The position numbers were made by a program, and so were the translations under genes. From Nageia nagi (Eukaryota; Plantae; Pinophyta): a stretch of 64,000 nt of DNA. Shown here in pieces: positions 27,989-40,826 of the stretch (position 1 is its first letter; each line of letters opens with the position of its first letter). The stretch spans positions 28,086,001 to 28,150,000 of the forward strand of contig JBITNC010000001.1 of NCBI GenBank assembly GCA_050084985.1, in the 5' to 3' direction. The notes below the pieces were generated by a model. The model searched no databases. It worked only from the letters and a program-made list of their open reading frames with translations, and had not been told where the DNA came from.

Positions 27989-28708
27989 ATGCGGCTGAAT
28001 TCAAATGTCAATAAGGTGGACAGAGATTTTTTGATCAGAATAAAAGAAAAATTCCGGGAGCAATTATCTCCAAAGATCAAACAACTGATTCAACTCAGAG
28101 ATCACATTGATCTATGTTTTTCAGAGTTGAAGAAATTAGAGGCAAGTGTCAGCCTCTGTGAAAGCATTATCGACCCCATGGAGAATATAGCAAAGAGGGC
28201 AAAGAAAAAGCTAGTTGAAATTTCCGATGAGGAGCTTCACGCCCTAAATGTGGGAAATAGGGTTGAGTTGATCTCAGCGATTGACCACCCAGTCTGCGGG
28301 AAATGGGTGTGTCAAGAAATAAAAAATAATTTAATCAAGCAGTGGCAAGGGGTAGAAACCCAGAAAGCTGAAATAGCTAAATTATCTGAGGCAAGATTTC
28401 TGGGATTGTGGAAGGAAGATAGTTCACCCATCTCCGAGGCTGAAATTTTGAAATATATTCATGAAGATAGTCAAAAGACGGAGGATATAGATTTGTTACT
28501 GAATTCTTTTGATGCGTCAGCTTTGTTTGAATTTTTTGACCAATGTGCCAATAAAGGAGTGGTCCTACAGCGGATGTTGCACAAATACGGGCAAATCTCC
28601 TACGAAATTTTGAACAACACAGCTCTAGCCCAATCGAGAATAAAAGACTTTTCCGAAAATCATGCAAGTTGGGGTAAGGTTGTGCAATTTTTAGAGGTTC
28701 AGAAATAA
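27989..28708 (+). CDS. Uninterrupted helical/coiled-coil ORF segment, probably the C-terminal part of another LTR accessory gene
   Basis: 239 sense codons, K/E/L-rich, in the same position relative to the LTR TATA as the other accessory ORF tails. Product unknown. Confidence 0.5.
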   Translation: MRLNSNVNKVDRDFLIRIKEKFREQLSPKIKQLIQLRDHIDLCFSELKKLEASVSLCESIIDPMENIAKRAKKKLVEISDEELHALNVGNRVELISAIDHPVCGKWVCQEIKNNLIKQWQGVETQKAEIAKLSEARFLGLWKEDSSPISEAEILKYIHEDSQKTEDIDLLLNSFDASALFEFFDQCANKGVVLQRMLHKYGQISYEILNNTALAQSRIKDFSENHASWGKVVQFLEVQK

Positions 28709-28909
28709 CAGATTTCATTTTGTTATTATGTTTCAGACTGAGTTCTAAATTCCTCTTTGATAAAGGCGAAATTTTCCCCCAGAAGTCGCCATAATGTATA
28801 TTCATACATAATAACTTATTTATTTAGAGCCCCAGTGTACTTTACTTGCAACTATGAGTTCATTTTAAGATCTCCGGAAGTTTTGGAACAAATAAAGCGG
28901 GCCGGATAA

Positions 28910-29420
28910 AACGATGACATCACGAAAGATAGATAGTCACGTTTTGGTGAAGACCGGGTTCCGGAGATGATGAGGTCAGCAGAGAGATAATTAAAAAGCC
29001 GGAGGCAGCGGAAGTAAAGCGTTCCGGAATAAGATGATGACATCATAGAAGAAAGAATAAAGCTCAGTTGTGGAAAAGACCGGGTTCCGAAGATGATGAG
29101 GTCAGCAAAGAGATAATTGAAAAGCCGGAGGCAGCGGAAGTAAAGCGTTCCGAAATAAGATGATGACGTCATAGAAGAAAGAATAAAGCTCAGTTGTGGA
29201 AAAGACCGGGTTCCGGAGATGATGAGGTCAGCAAAGAGATAATTGAAAAGCCGGAGGCAGAGGAAGTAAAGCGTTCCGGAACATGATGATGACGTCACAG
29301 AAGATAAGATGGTCGCGTTTTGGCAAAGACCGGGTTCCGAAGATGATGAGGTCAGCAAGGGGTGATCAAAAGGCCCGGAGTCAGTGAATAAAGTTTTCCG
29401 AAATAACGATGTCACAAAGA
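28910..29420 (+). repeat. 126-bp tandem repeat (about 4 units)
   Basis: GACCGGGTTCC recurs at 28952, 29078, 29204 and 29328. Confidence 0.92.
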
Positions 29421-32120
29421 AAGAATAATTGTAGTTTTGGAAGTAGTTACCTTCCACGACATTCTCAGTTTTGTAACTGTCGGACAAATGGCATGTATGT
29501 ATGATGATAGTTAGAAGTGGCCAGAATCTTGAGGCCGTTTTGTAAACCGTTCTGTTTTCATTTTCTTGTAACTGTTATTTCTTCAGTATAAGTATATGAA
29601 AAAAAGTGAAAGAGGGGTCGGAAGCCCTAGTATTGCTCTTTACATTTGTTCTCGAAGACCTGTAGTCTTTTATCAGTAATATGAAACCATCTTGACCTTT
29701 CTTGTCTAGCACTTGTAATTGTCATTCTTAATTTGGTTACATCGTGGCAGCTTGGCTTGTTTCCTGAATGGTAATCGCGAGTTGCTAGTATAACTGTGTC
29801 TGCTACATGGTAGAGTAAAGCTGGGAAACTATTAGAGAGTGAGAGCTTGTACCGTAGCTGCTACACTAGATTCAGACCAAGGTTTCACACACTGTGAAAG
29901 CCCGCGCTGAACTAGTGATCCTCCTTTGCTTTCTCTCTTGTTACCCTAAACCTTTGCTTAAATTCCTCGCACTCTACTCTTTTATTTTTCTTTCCTGCTA
30001 CTTTTCCTACACCCAATGTATAAGGAACCGGCCTTCTCCGGAGATCAGACTGTCACATAGTCTGTTCTTGATTTACTCTGGTTAAGATTGTTCGCGGCGC
30101 ATATATTACACAATCCTAATCAACAGGAATAATGATGTATCAAATTTGACTAACTAACCCCCTCTTTCCTTTTTATAATTGCTCAAGATTGCCAAATGGC
30201 GACGTTTAAAGCAGAGTTTTCAACAAATGTACCCTTTTATGCAAGGAAGGAAATGGTCGCTAGCCCACAAGATAATGCAATTGTAACTTCTCCAAAGTGT
30301 GCAACCAGCAATGGATGAAGCAAAATGTCAGACTTAGTCTAAAATGCAGCTAAGGAATGTGGGCGCATGTATTTGGAGAGATACAAAGCTGACTATTTGA
30401 AACCATGCGACCACATGGATTGATGTTTGTATGGAAGAAAGGGGTGGTCACATGCTTCACAAGAGATACAATTATAACTTATCAAAACCATGCAAACGCT
30501 CCTTGAGCAACTTGGGCTAACACTTAGCCAATCTTGGAGATGAAAGAGGGTGGTCAGGTCTTTTCCACAAGATGCAATGGTAACCTTCTTGGACCATGCG
30601 ACCACCTTGAAGGCCAAGTTTGACTTGGTGAAACTCGGTAATGATACTTGCTTTTATATCTTTCCCCTTTGACAAGTGTCTATGTTGAACTGGCCTAAGT
30701 GGAGGTTGAATGGGCCTAAGACAAACTCCCTTGGTGCATGTTCAACATCTAGAAGGGTGGTCACATGTTTGGCCAAAGATGGGTTGGCAACTTTTCGGGA
30801 TCATGCGAACGCTTCTAGGGATCCCCTTAACTCAACACTTCGCTGATTTAGAGCCCAAAATCCTGAAAACAAGGTGGTTGCATGGTTTTTCAAAGATGAA
30901 AAAGTACCTTTTTCAAACCATGAGAACACCATTTGAACTGCAAATTGAGTGAACAAATAAACTAGGCGGCTCCTCCCTTATATATTAGCCTCATCTGCCA
31001 GATGTCCTCGTCCATATGGCCAAGGTGAAGGCCGAATGTGGCTAAGGCAAGTGCAACGTTCAAGAGGGGTTGGTCACATGAAGAGTGACTTTCTTGTACC
31101 ATGCGACCAACCTAGGGCTTAGCCAAATTTTTTGCTTTTCTTCTTAAGCTTTATGGTGACCTTTTAAGATTCGAGATACCATGCACCAAATGCAAATTCT
31201 ATACACATTCTCATGGCTCCTCAACGACTTTGCCTGGTTATTTATGATGTAGATGAGACTTTCGGAAGGTTTTTACTTTGTTGTAAATAAGTCCCAATTT
31301 AAAGTTGCACTTTGGGCTCTTTTGAACAACTTTCTTCTTATTGCTTCCCAAAATGCTCCTTGGATCAAACCCTCTGAAGCTTCCACTTTGCTTTTGAAAC
31401 TGAGGGTCCCCATCCTTTGCTAAAAAAGGAGGGGTGTGTTGAGACGTCAACACACATCTCCCCTCAAAAAGATAGCTACAACTCCACATCTATTCTTACA
31501 TATAGCTAATAGCTTCACATCTCTACATAGAGATCCCCTGCAGCTACATCTTTTCACAAAGATTTCCAACATTGGTTGTACATCTATCCTTAGACATTGT
31601 TCACATTGTACCAATTCCTCTTAAAAATAAACCATTCATTTATGAATAAAGCTACTTTATCATCTCCCACATGGTTTCTTTATTACTGATATGGATACTT
31701 TTCCAAACATTTAATTCATTCTATCTAACAACTTAGATGAGTATTTACATGCTCACTCTCTTTCACTTTGAATCATTGGTCCTTTATGAAGTTAAGATTG
31801 ATGCCATGTCCGTGGCTGCCTTGTTTATACAACAACTTGAATCCAATAGTTTGTCACCCAAGTAGATACTTATCAAAATACTTAATGACCTCATGTTTAC
31901 ATGTTCCTCAATCTCTCTTTATCCTTATCTTATAATTGATTTAGTCACTTTTATTATTACAAGGACACCAAATGTTCCAACAAGTGATATTAGAGTAATG
32001 AATAGAGAATAGACACATTCTAAGGAATTATGTCCACGTAGTTCTTCTTACACATTCCTTACCATCACTGATAGTCATTGTCTACAATCCTTCATGTCAT
32101 AAGTCAAGGCCCAAGTACCA

Positions 32121-32628
32121 TCTAGAAATCAATAAGCAAAGTGTAACAAAAAACAACAAAAACATTAACCAAAAACAACACAAAAGTTTAACGTGGAAAA
32201 CAATGATTTATGCAAAGAAAAAACAAAAGCCGAAATGCAACTTCGATCTTTTATTAATCTTAGAGACCATTACAGTTTTGCCACCCTCTCCCAACTTCAA
32301 GGGGTCATTCCCTCCTTATAGAGAACAAAGTAGTCTAACTAAAGATAGTGTTTATCAATAGACTGTTTATTTATAATGTGTCTAATAATAGAATAGATGT
32401 ATATCTATTAATAGAACAGCAATACAACAAATAATAAAACAACTGCAAATCTACTCATAGAACAATTGTACATCAATTAACAGTAAATCTATTAATAGAA
32501 CAATAGTACATCTAATAATAGAACAATTGTACATCTATTAATAGAACAATAATACGTCTAATAATAGAACAGCAGCACTATTTGTTGTAGAACATTGGAT
32601 ATCTAGATATTGACTTCACCTCCTAACA
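32121..32628 (-). mobile_element. Short LTR (about 0.5 kb) of an old Copia/TRIM-like element, with an internal 23-bp tandem repeat
   Basis: Homologous to 40325..40826; ends cttcacctcctaaca; PPT-like ttctcctatt follows. Left end approximate. Confidence 0.7.
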
Positions 32629-32832
32629 TTCTCCTATTTGAAGTTGATATATATGAATTCTTTGCCTATGTTTCTCATCCAAGTGCCAATTGCACAAAGC
32701 TACCCTTATTATGTTTTGAACAATCCCAAAGAAGTTATGCACCAATAAAACTTCTCTCCATGATAAATAGAAACATTTGAAGTGCCCCTTAAGTATCAAA
32801 TATCCACTTCACTATAGTCCAATGCTCCCTAC

Positions 32833-35800
32833 CGTTGGTATGGATTTCTTTCCTACCCTTGCAGGGCCGCAACGGAGGTAGGCTTAGTAGGAGAAAGAGG
32901 CCTCACTAACATATATGGTAAGATAGCGTTACCTATCTCCGCTCTAAGGGACTCACTACCCTACGGTGCTACTTGGCTTCGTGACCTATAGAATTGGAAT
33001 TTCAAGAGACCCATCGTGCCTCTGAACGATATAAAATGGTAGGTTGATCAGCTCAATAAAGTAGGTGAACAAGAATATTAACTCACAAATTTATAAGTAA
33101 CCTATTCAAGCCTTGCATTAACGGAAAGTTGCTAGGGTTTGTTAACAAAAAGGAAAATAAATAAAGAAAAAATGTTAAGAATGGAAGTAACTCAAAGGGA
33201 CTCGATGTGAATGACGACAATTCGCCAGTTTTGTAGGGTTTGGAAGATCTAGGATGCAGGTTTGGCAGGAACCTTCATGCAGCTATCAAATTAAAGAGGT
33301 ACACAACAAGAATGTCGGAAGTACAACTTTAAATGAGCAAGAAGCAAAGCATTAGTAAAAGACAAAACAAGATACATTCAATATTCACTCACTTATCATC
33401 GTTTTCCATGAAAGATTCCACATAAATGACATAGAAGCAAATATTTCCCAAAATACAACACTTAACGTGCTAGTATCAAACCAATAATCAATTATTCACT
33501 TCGAAAGATAATTGTTCTACTTTTCCTAAAACTCGAAGTTTTCAAAGGAAATGCCCAGAGGATATCATATAAAATATTCCACAACTCCACTAAGCGAACA
33601 GCAATCACAGCATCAATATAGAATCCACAACTCAAAAACAAATACCAAAGGCCAAGTGTTCATTTGCAAGCTTTTGTCTATTCCATTCTCTGTAAAAAAG
33701 TGACCCCAAAAGGGCTACTTATAAGACCTGAGTCTAGCAATTGTTGCCCTAATTCAACAACCATCATTTAATGAAAAGTAACTAATACAACTTAACATAA
33801 CACCAAAATGCCCTTCGAAACAATTGAAGGGTCAAGTTCTGACAACGATGTCTATCACAAACTTAACAAACATAACGCCCTTTAAAACAACTAAAGGGCC
33901 AACTCTAATTATTAGTCCTCTGATAGACTAATACTGCCAAAGTATTGACTATAGCCTAATACAACAAAATATATTTGAATTCATTGACCTTGAATCTGTG
34001 GGAGCTCAACTCATCCTCACGGTTCAAGTCTTACAACAAAATTTCACTATGCATGTAACCAATAAACAAAAATAAAATGTTATCTTTTAACATTTGCTCC
34101 CATTCAACATCGCATATGCCATAGTTCCGTATCCATAGTTGAAGAAGCCAATCTTCCTTGGAAGCTCCGCTTGCAAAATCTTTTCCATCAGGTCCATCTT
34201 GCTAGAGTAATCCCCAATCAATCTATAGGTTTTTGTCATCAGATATTACCAAGCATATATTGACCTATCATGATCAATTATCTTGCCAATTCTGATCAAG
34301 TTTACATTTTTGAGTTGGAGTAGCTCATCCAATAGGTTCTTAGTCTCCAAGACTATATTTGCTCATGACACCTTGAAACCGATTATGATGAACATACTAT
34401 AGGGTAGCATAAGTCATTCTTCCTTCTTCCAAGGACACTGATGCTTCTTTCACCATCTTCTGAACCATTGGAAAGTTCTTGTTACCCTTCTCCATATTTT
34501 CTATGATCTTTAGATTCAATGTTATCATTGTCCCTTGCTAGGTCCAGAAAGATGAATAATCCATCCCAAGCTTGCAAACGGTCTTGAGCATTGCATCGAT
34601 CGAATCTTCTCTTTTCCGATTGATCCCTATGTTCCAAGCAGCTGACATTTAGATATTGTTTGTACTCATTTTAGTTGCCTCAATGTCCTTTACTATCTTA
34701 TTCTTTTAGATCAACTGCTTCTTAAGATCTTTAAGTTCTTGTTCTCTCGTCAACCCTATTTTTTCGATTGAGGAGACCGTTGTCTAAAGAACAAGCTTAT
34801 AACCTTGCCAACCTACTTTCGCTTTTATTCTGATGGTTTCAACAATCATGTCCTCTGGCCCTTTAGGATGCTTCTTTTTAGAAAAGAGTATGTCTATAGT
34901 CATTCCATCTTCTCTCATAGTGGGTACCATTCCATGCCATATTCTCCTTCTTCACCTTCAGTTTCAATGTCTTGATCTCCCTCCTCTGCATCCTTATGAG
35001 ATTCTTGCATTCTTGCAACATAAGCATTCATATCAAAATTCCAATCTTGTCGCTCATTAGCTAGGAATCTTCGAATTGCAAGAGTTTGCATTTCTATTTC
35101 AAAAACTTGTGCTACTCCAGTTATTTCCTAATGTACGATCATCAACTGTCCTTGATGTATTTCTGAAGGCTTTGCCTGTTGTTGTGCTACTAGCTATTGG
35201 ACCATCTTCTTTCTCGATTTTCCTTGATGCTCTATTGCCTTTCTTCTCTTCCTTTGCTCTTCACTTTCATTCTTCGTCATCGCCATCTCCTACGGATATG
35301 GATTTTTTACCTTGAGGCATATGCCTTTTATGATGGGTCTTTTTAGCTTTTTGGTATGAAAAGACTTATTCTCCTCATGCGAATGTGAACAATTGGAAAA
35401 GGAGGGAGCATCCATGGGAGGTGATGTGACTGATTCTTGTATTTCATCTTCATAAACTTCATAAACAATGATAACTTCTTCCTCTCTAGAAGAGGACTAG
35501 TACAATTGATTAAATAGGGAGTATCTTGAAATGTTTGCTCTACTCTTCTTTCTGGAAGAGGATCACCATTGCTTTCTTCACCACTGCTAGACTCATCACT
35601 TCTTTCTTCTCTTGAACAACTAGTCCTCGAACTGCTAGTTCTTGAACCACTAGTCCTTGAGCTGCTTGTATTTGACCGGGAGCTCCTACTAGACCTCGAA
35701 CCACTCTCAGAGCCTGAGCTGCTCGAAATGCTACTACTATCATCTGAATCATTCTTCTTGGAATTTTTACTTTTAAGGGAGCTCCTACTATCATGACTTT

Positions 35801-38800
35801 CTCCTATTGCAGGGTCACTTCTAATAAATTCTCCTTCCTCCATATCCTGAGTCATATCTAATGGCTCATCATTGGTAGGCCCACCACAATCATCTCCAAC
35901 ACGAATCCTTCTAGGGAATCTTCATGTTCTAAGCTTCTTTGTAACTTTAGTTGGACCTTTTAGGTTTGATTTTTCAGGTCTTAAATCATCAGTGATGTTG
36001 AGAGGGGGACTCTTTCTTACTGCATCGATGAGTGAGTTTAACGGGAACTCAACGTTCCCGTGCTCCTGAATGTCTCTTTTCATCTCTTCTACTACAACTT
36101 CAAGGTGTTGTGTTGGAGATTCGAGATATTGGGCTGATCTGAAAGTGTTGTATTCTCCAGTTCTAACTTGTGTTCCCTCTGGCAATATCTCCATTATAAC
36201 TTGTGATGGCTCAGGATTTCTAATTGCATTTATTCCACTAAGCTTTGCAATTTCAAAATTAATCCCTTTTCTCATTATGTTATCCAAGTTGGGATGCATC
36301 AATAATTATTGATGGGCATTCAAGATCTCGTTGTCTTTCATAACATTCCTATATTTCTCTAAAATTCCTATGGGTTAATGGGTAATGGGTGTAGGCCAAA
36401 TTTTTGAGTAGGCCAAGCAAAATCTTCTCCACTGGCTCATAACTCTAATAAAATTGTGTGATCGGGAAATCATAAAGACAAATCTTCTTAGTTGCCGACT
36501 CCACTGCTTTCCACCTGATGCAAAAGTATTCTCTAATCACGAAGGGTAAATTAAATGTAGCATCTTTCTTTTTCCAAACATTGTTCCACAAATACAAAAT
36601 TTGTCTGCATAACTCCATCATTATTAATATGTTGTTGGCATATCTAGGTAACAATATTGGTGGCTCTTGGGAACCATATACCTATATATACGTTACACCA
36701 TATACCCATATGAGCAACGAAGGCTCTATTCTTCCTATCTAAGAGGAAATATACCAAATATGTATTCATGTAAAATTTCTTAGTTTCACCAATATGCATC
36801 AACTGCTCACTCAGTGCATTACTGAGGACTCTAATCCATCTGATTTTATTACATTCTTATCTAATAAATGAAGCCTATGAATTCAACTATGAACTCGACA
36901 TCGGTTAGTTGCTCGGTAATTCTACACAAAAGGCTGATAATCTAGGAAACTACAATGTGGAGACTAGTTTTGGGTGATTTGACCAATTTGGCCCCCGTAT
37001 AATACTAGCAATCATCTTACAACCACTGTTTGAGCAATTTTATGGGCTTACTCAACCCTCGGTAAAAGGCCATAGAGTCCTTTTCCATGTAAGTCATTCC
37101 TTCATTGGACAACTTGAAAGCCTCTTCAATTCCTTTCATTGAAAAGTCCATGATTTTATGTCCTGCGGTATCATATAAGACTCTCTCAAGAAAGTTACAT
37201 CATTTTCCCACTTCTCAAAATAATTCTTGAAACAAGGCAGCAATAGAACGATGTCTATATCAACCAATCCTTATGTGTATAGTACTTCTCAAGACAAATC
37301 AATCTTATCAATCTTCTTAATAACATCTAAAGTCTTCTCGGCATCAATATGTGACCAATCAATATCCGTGATGTCGGCCAAATTATTTTTGAAATCCCCT
37401 TTAGAAAAGTAAGGTCCTTCCATTTTTCTCAAAATTGATCAAGGTTTCCCTCACCAACCGTTCTTAACAAGGGCAAGTGACTTCTGAAGATTATCTTTGA
37501 CAACCTTGGCTTTTACTAACTTCTTCCCCTTTTCCATATTGCCTATTACCTTGTTTCCCCTTTTCGACGTTTCAGCTTCTAGGTCTTGCTCATTCCTTCT
37601 TTTCTAGACTTTTGGATCCATGTTTAAGACTTTGATGTACCCGCTACAGGATAACAAGATTAACCCTAAGCTAATGTGGAAGAGTAAAATGGGGACGAAT
37701 TGGATATGGACAATCTCATGATGGAGATAAATTAGATCAAGTTGAGGAACCATGGTTTTGACAATACAATAGAAAAGGAAATGGTGTACCAAACAGAAAG
37801 GAACTGACTCTAACTAGTACTAAAACAAACATATGTGAGAATCAAACTTTAAGATTGATACGAGCAAAAGGATTTAACTTTTTCGCCGAATACAAGCAGC
37901 AACAACCTATGAACACCTTTTGACCTTAAGAATTTTCTCTGACAAGCTTAACTCTTTCGCCTGGCAAACTTCACCTGGCAGATACTGAAAGGATGGGAAC
38001 AAACAAGGTTACTATGGTAGTTTTGACAAAACAGGGAGAACACAAAAAAAAAAGTGTCCACAAATCACAAAGGGCTGACTCTTTATACAAGACATTTCCA
38101 ACAATCTCCTAGAAACAAGTGATCAAATTTGAGTGGAAGTAATATGTATACTGAAAGAATCTGTCACTTCATATAACCTCTTTTGGAAAAAATGGTGCTC
38201 TACATGTACCTTTGAACCAAATTTTGACACTTGGCAAGCTATTCTAAAGATCTAAAGTGGTCGCACACTTTTGTTAGCTTGAAATCTTACATCCTGCAAA
38301 TTATGCGATCCATTGGGAAATTGTTTTCAAGTAGGCACCAGGTAAGCCATTTGAAAAATTCACTAACTCTCGCAAAATTATCAATCCAAGTCACCTCCTC
38401 CAATTTGTTGTACGCTGGCAAATTCCCTTTTCTCCAGGTCGCAAGTCTTAAGCATCTATCTCATGTATGCACCAGATACCGTGAGACCTCTTCTTTCAAA
38501 CTTTCACTTGCCAAATGCAAGGATCTGAGCTATGCCTACAAACTTTGGATCAAGTCACAAGTCAAGACAATAGTGCCTATATGACTTCAATAGGAATGTG
38601 GGAGTAGCCTTGAAGCCTCATCAATCTCAAATGAATTTATTTTGCTCCTTCAAAATGCCACAATTTGATCAACTCCGGTCCAATAAACCCTTCCTGCATT
38701 CATCTGGCAATTATCTATCATACTAGGTGAGGTTGCATATTCCTCGGACAATGCCTTGGCACTTTCTTCAAATCGTGCAACTCACTCGCCTATTGCAAAT

Positions 38801-40098
38801 GAGACTCGATTTCCCTCTTTCTATCAAAGTCCTTTGCTTTCTTGTGTCAATCTATTGAGCAAGAAACAACATCTATGCTAGGCCGCATGAATTCAATGAA
38901 AGGGCTAGGTCGCATGCTTTTGAGACCATGCTCTTTATATACCCTTCAAAATGTACGACCAACCTCTCGCCAGTAACATGAAGGCTTTTTTGTTCTATAT
39001 GGCTTTTAATGCCTTGCATCAATGCTCCTTTAAACAAATGACTTCCCCTTCAAATCACGTGAACTTGATGATAAAGCCAAATCATACATTTTGACTGTAT
39101 TACCTTTTACCCAACCAACTCTGCATTAGACAAGTGGTGAAAAAGATGGTTGATATGAGGTTTTTATAACTTTCGCATGCCACATGGGTCCATTTTATCA
39201 AGCAAGGTGTTTGTTCGAATGAGGTCACATGTTTTGGCCGTCTAGGCAAGGTCGCATAGTTCAAAACACTTACTTCTTGCATACTATTGAAATCATGCGA
39301 CCTCCTTTTCTCTTGCCCTGATGATGCTAGAATGAGATCTAAGTCTCTATTTATTTCTTGTGCCCAAGTGTTACTCTTCATTTTTCGAGAATGGCCTTGG
39401 TCGCATGTTTTAGAATACTAGCTCGGGGCATCTCTTTTGAAACATGCAACCAACCAATTGAGGCACTTTGCTGGACATGAGCCACCTTCCTTTTTGGAGT
39501 TGCACTTATGCTAAAATGAACGGGGTGTTCCCCTTTTATATCCTTGTTGGCTCGATTTTCGAAAAAAAACTTGGTCGTGTGTTTAAGATGCATGCCCAAG
39601 GCATTCTCATCAAACCGTGCGACCAACTAAATTAGGGCATTTCGTGGAGAACATGTGACCTGACTTAAATTGGGCACCTGATGTGAAACACACGACCTCT
39701 TTTTCCTAACTTGACTTAACTCAAAAATGAAAGGGCACTTCCCTTTATGTAACTCCTTGACCTGTTTTCCAAGGATAAAGCCTAGGTTGCATGCTTTCAA
39801 ATACTTGCTCAAAGCACTTCCCTCAAACTGTGCGACTTGACTTACCTTGGTCACATGTTTTCAAATACATACTCCTTGCATTCCTCCCAATACATGTGAC
39901 TTGACTTGCACTGGGGGCATGTTTTCAAACACTTGTCAGGGCATTCTTCATAAAAACCTTATTTGTTGTTGTTTTCATCTCATACAACTCCTCAAGATTC
40001 TGCCAAAGTTCCTTTCCAATCTTTTATTCAACAACATTGAATAAGATAAGAGTCTATTAGGAAAAGACAAGCTGTAGAAACCGTGTTCTTGTCCAACA
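32833..40098 (-). mobile_element. Giant solo LTR (copy 2, about 7.3 kb) with U3 accessory gene
   Basis: Termini (c)gttgg...ccaaca, TATA signature at about 33711-33752, ORF remnant 34088-37621, inverted-motif array 38880-39901. No gag/pol. TSD not found. Confidence 0.68.
34088..37621 (-). pseudogene. LTR accessory gene, copy 2
   Basis: ITDIDWSHID N-terminal motif; VYGSQEPPILLPRYANNILIMMELCRQILYLWNNVWKKKDATFNLP; Ser-rich linker (35540-35800); helical tail; many stops. Confidence 0.78.
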
Positions 40099-40324
40099 TT
40101 GCCCACTCCTCATTTGTCGTGTTGTTGCTCTAATGTACAACCCCTTTCAAAGTTACGGATTGGTCATTCTAAACCAGTAAATCCACCACTTTCATCTTCC
40201 ATAGGGCAAAATTACTTCTGTCAAACCTCTCAATGTCGAATAGTTACACCTCCTATCATTGTTACATCTCCCACTCACACAAAACTCTAAATGAGTTTCA
40301 GGAGACCCTAACTCCGGTACCAAT

Positions 40325-40826
40325 TGTTTTAACTCAGCAAGAAAATTGTAACAAAAAACAGCAGAAATATTAACCCTAAGCCCTATTGTATGCAAGGAAA
40401 AACCATAGGGTAAAAGGTAGCTTCGATCTTTTATTACTCTCAAAGAACATTACACTTTTCTCAACCTCTCCCAACTTCAAGGGGTTATTACCTTTTTATA
40501 AAAATAAAAATAAAAAAAGTAGCCTATATAAAGATAGTATTTATTAATAGAGTGTTCATTTATAACATGTCTAATAATAGATTATTTGCACATCTATTAA
40601 TAGAACAGCGGAACAACTAATAATAGAACACCTGCACATCTATTAATAGAACAACTGTACATCTATTAATAGAACAGCAGTACAGCTAATAATAGAACAG
40701 CTGTACATCTAATAATAGAACAGTTGTACATCTATTAACAGAATAACAATATGTCTAATAATAGAACAGCAGCACTACTCTATTGTGGAACATTGGAGAT
40801 ATGCATATTCACTTCACCTCCTAACA
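40325..40826 (-). mobile_element. Short 5' LTR of the same TRIM-like family
   Basis: Preceded on the + strand by degenerate iMet PBS actccggtacca (40311-40322). TG..CA termini. 23-bp repeats acatctattaatagaacagctgt at about 40570-40775. Confidence 0.72.

Larger units (their letters stand above)
27975..30125 (+). mobile_element. 5'-truncated, younger (CpG-rich) LTR-like fragment nested in copy 1
   Basis: Intact 239-codon helical ORF end, tandem array, TATA-like box at about 29588 and CA terminus (cctaatcaaca). Left end approximate. Confidence 0.6.
23938..31452 (-). mobile_element. Giant 5' LTR (copy 1) containing a U3 accessory gene and a nested insertion
   Basis: Inverted termini TGTTGACGT...ACGTCAACA, adjacent PBS and gag, TATA-region signature at about 24915-24990, ORF remnant 25236-27965 and inverted-motif array 30446-31108. 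Confidence 0.75.

Noticed and set aside
28852-29487. 211-aa minus-strand ORF with internal repeats
   Set aside because: By-product of the 126-bp (multiple of 3) tandem repeat; no independent coding evidence.
35343-35855. Ser/Arg-rich ORF resembling an SR splicing factor
   Set aside because: No RRM; it is the low-complexity linker of the degenerate LTR accessory gene.
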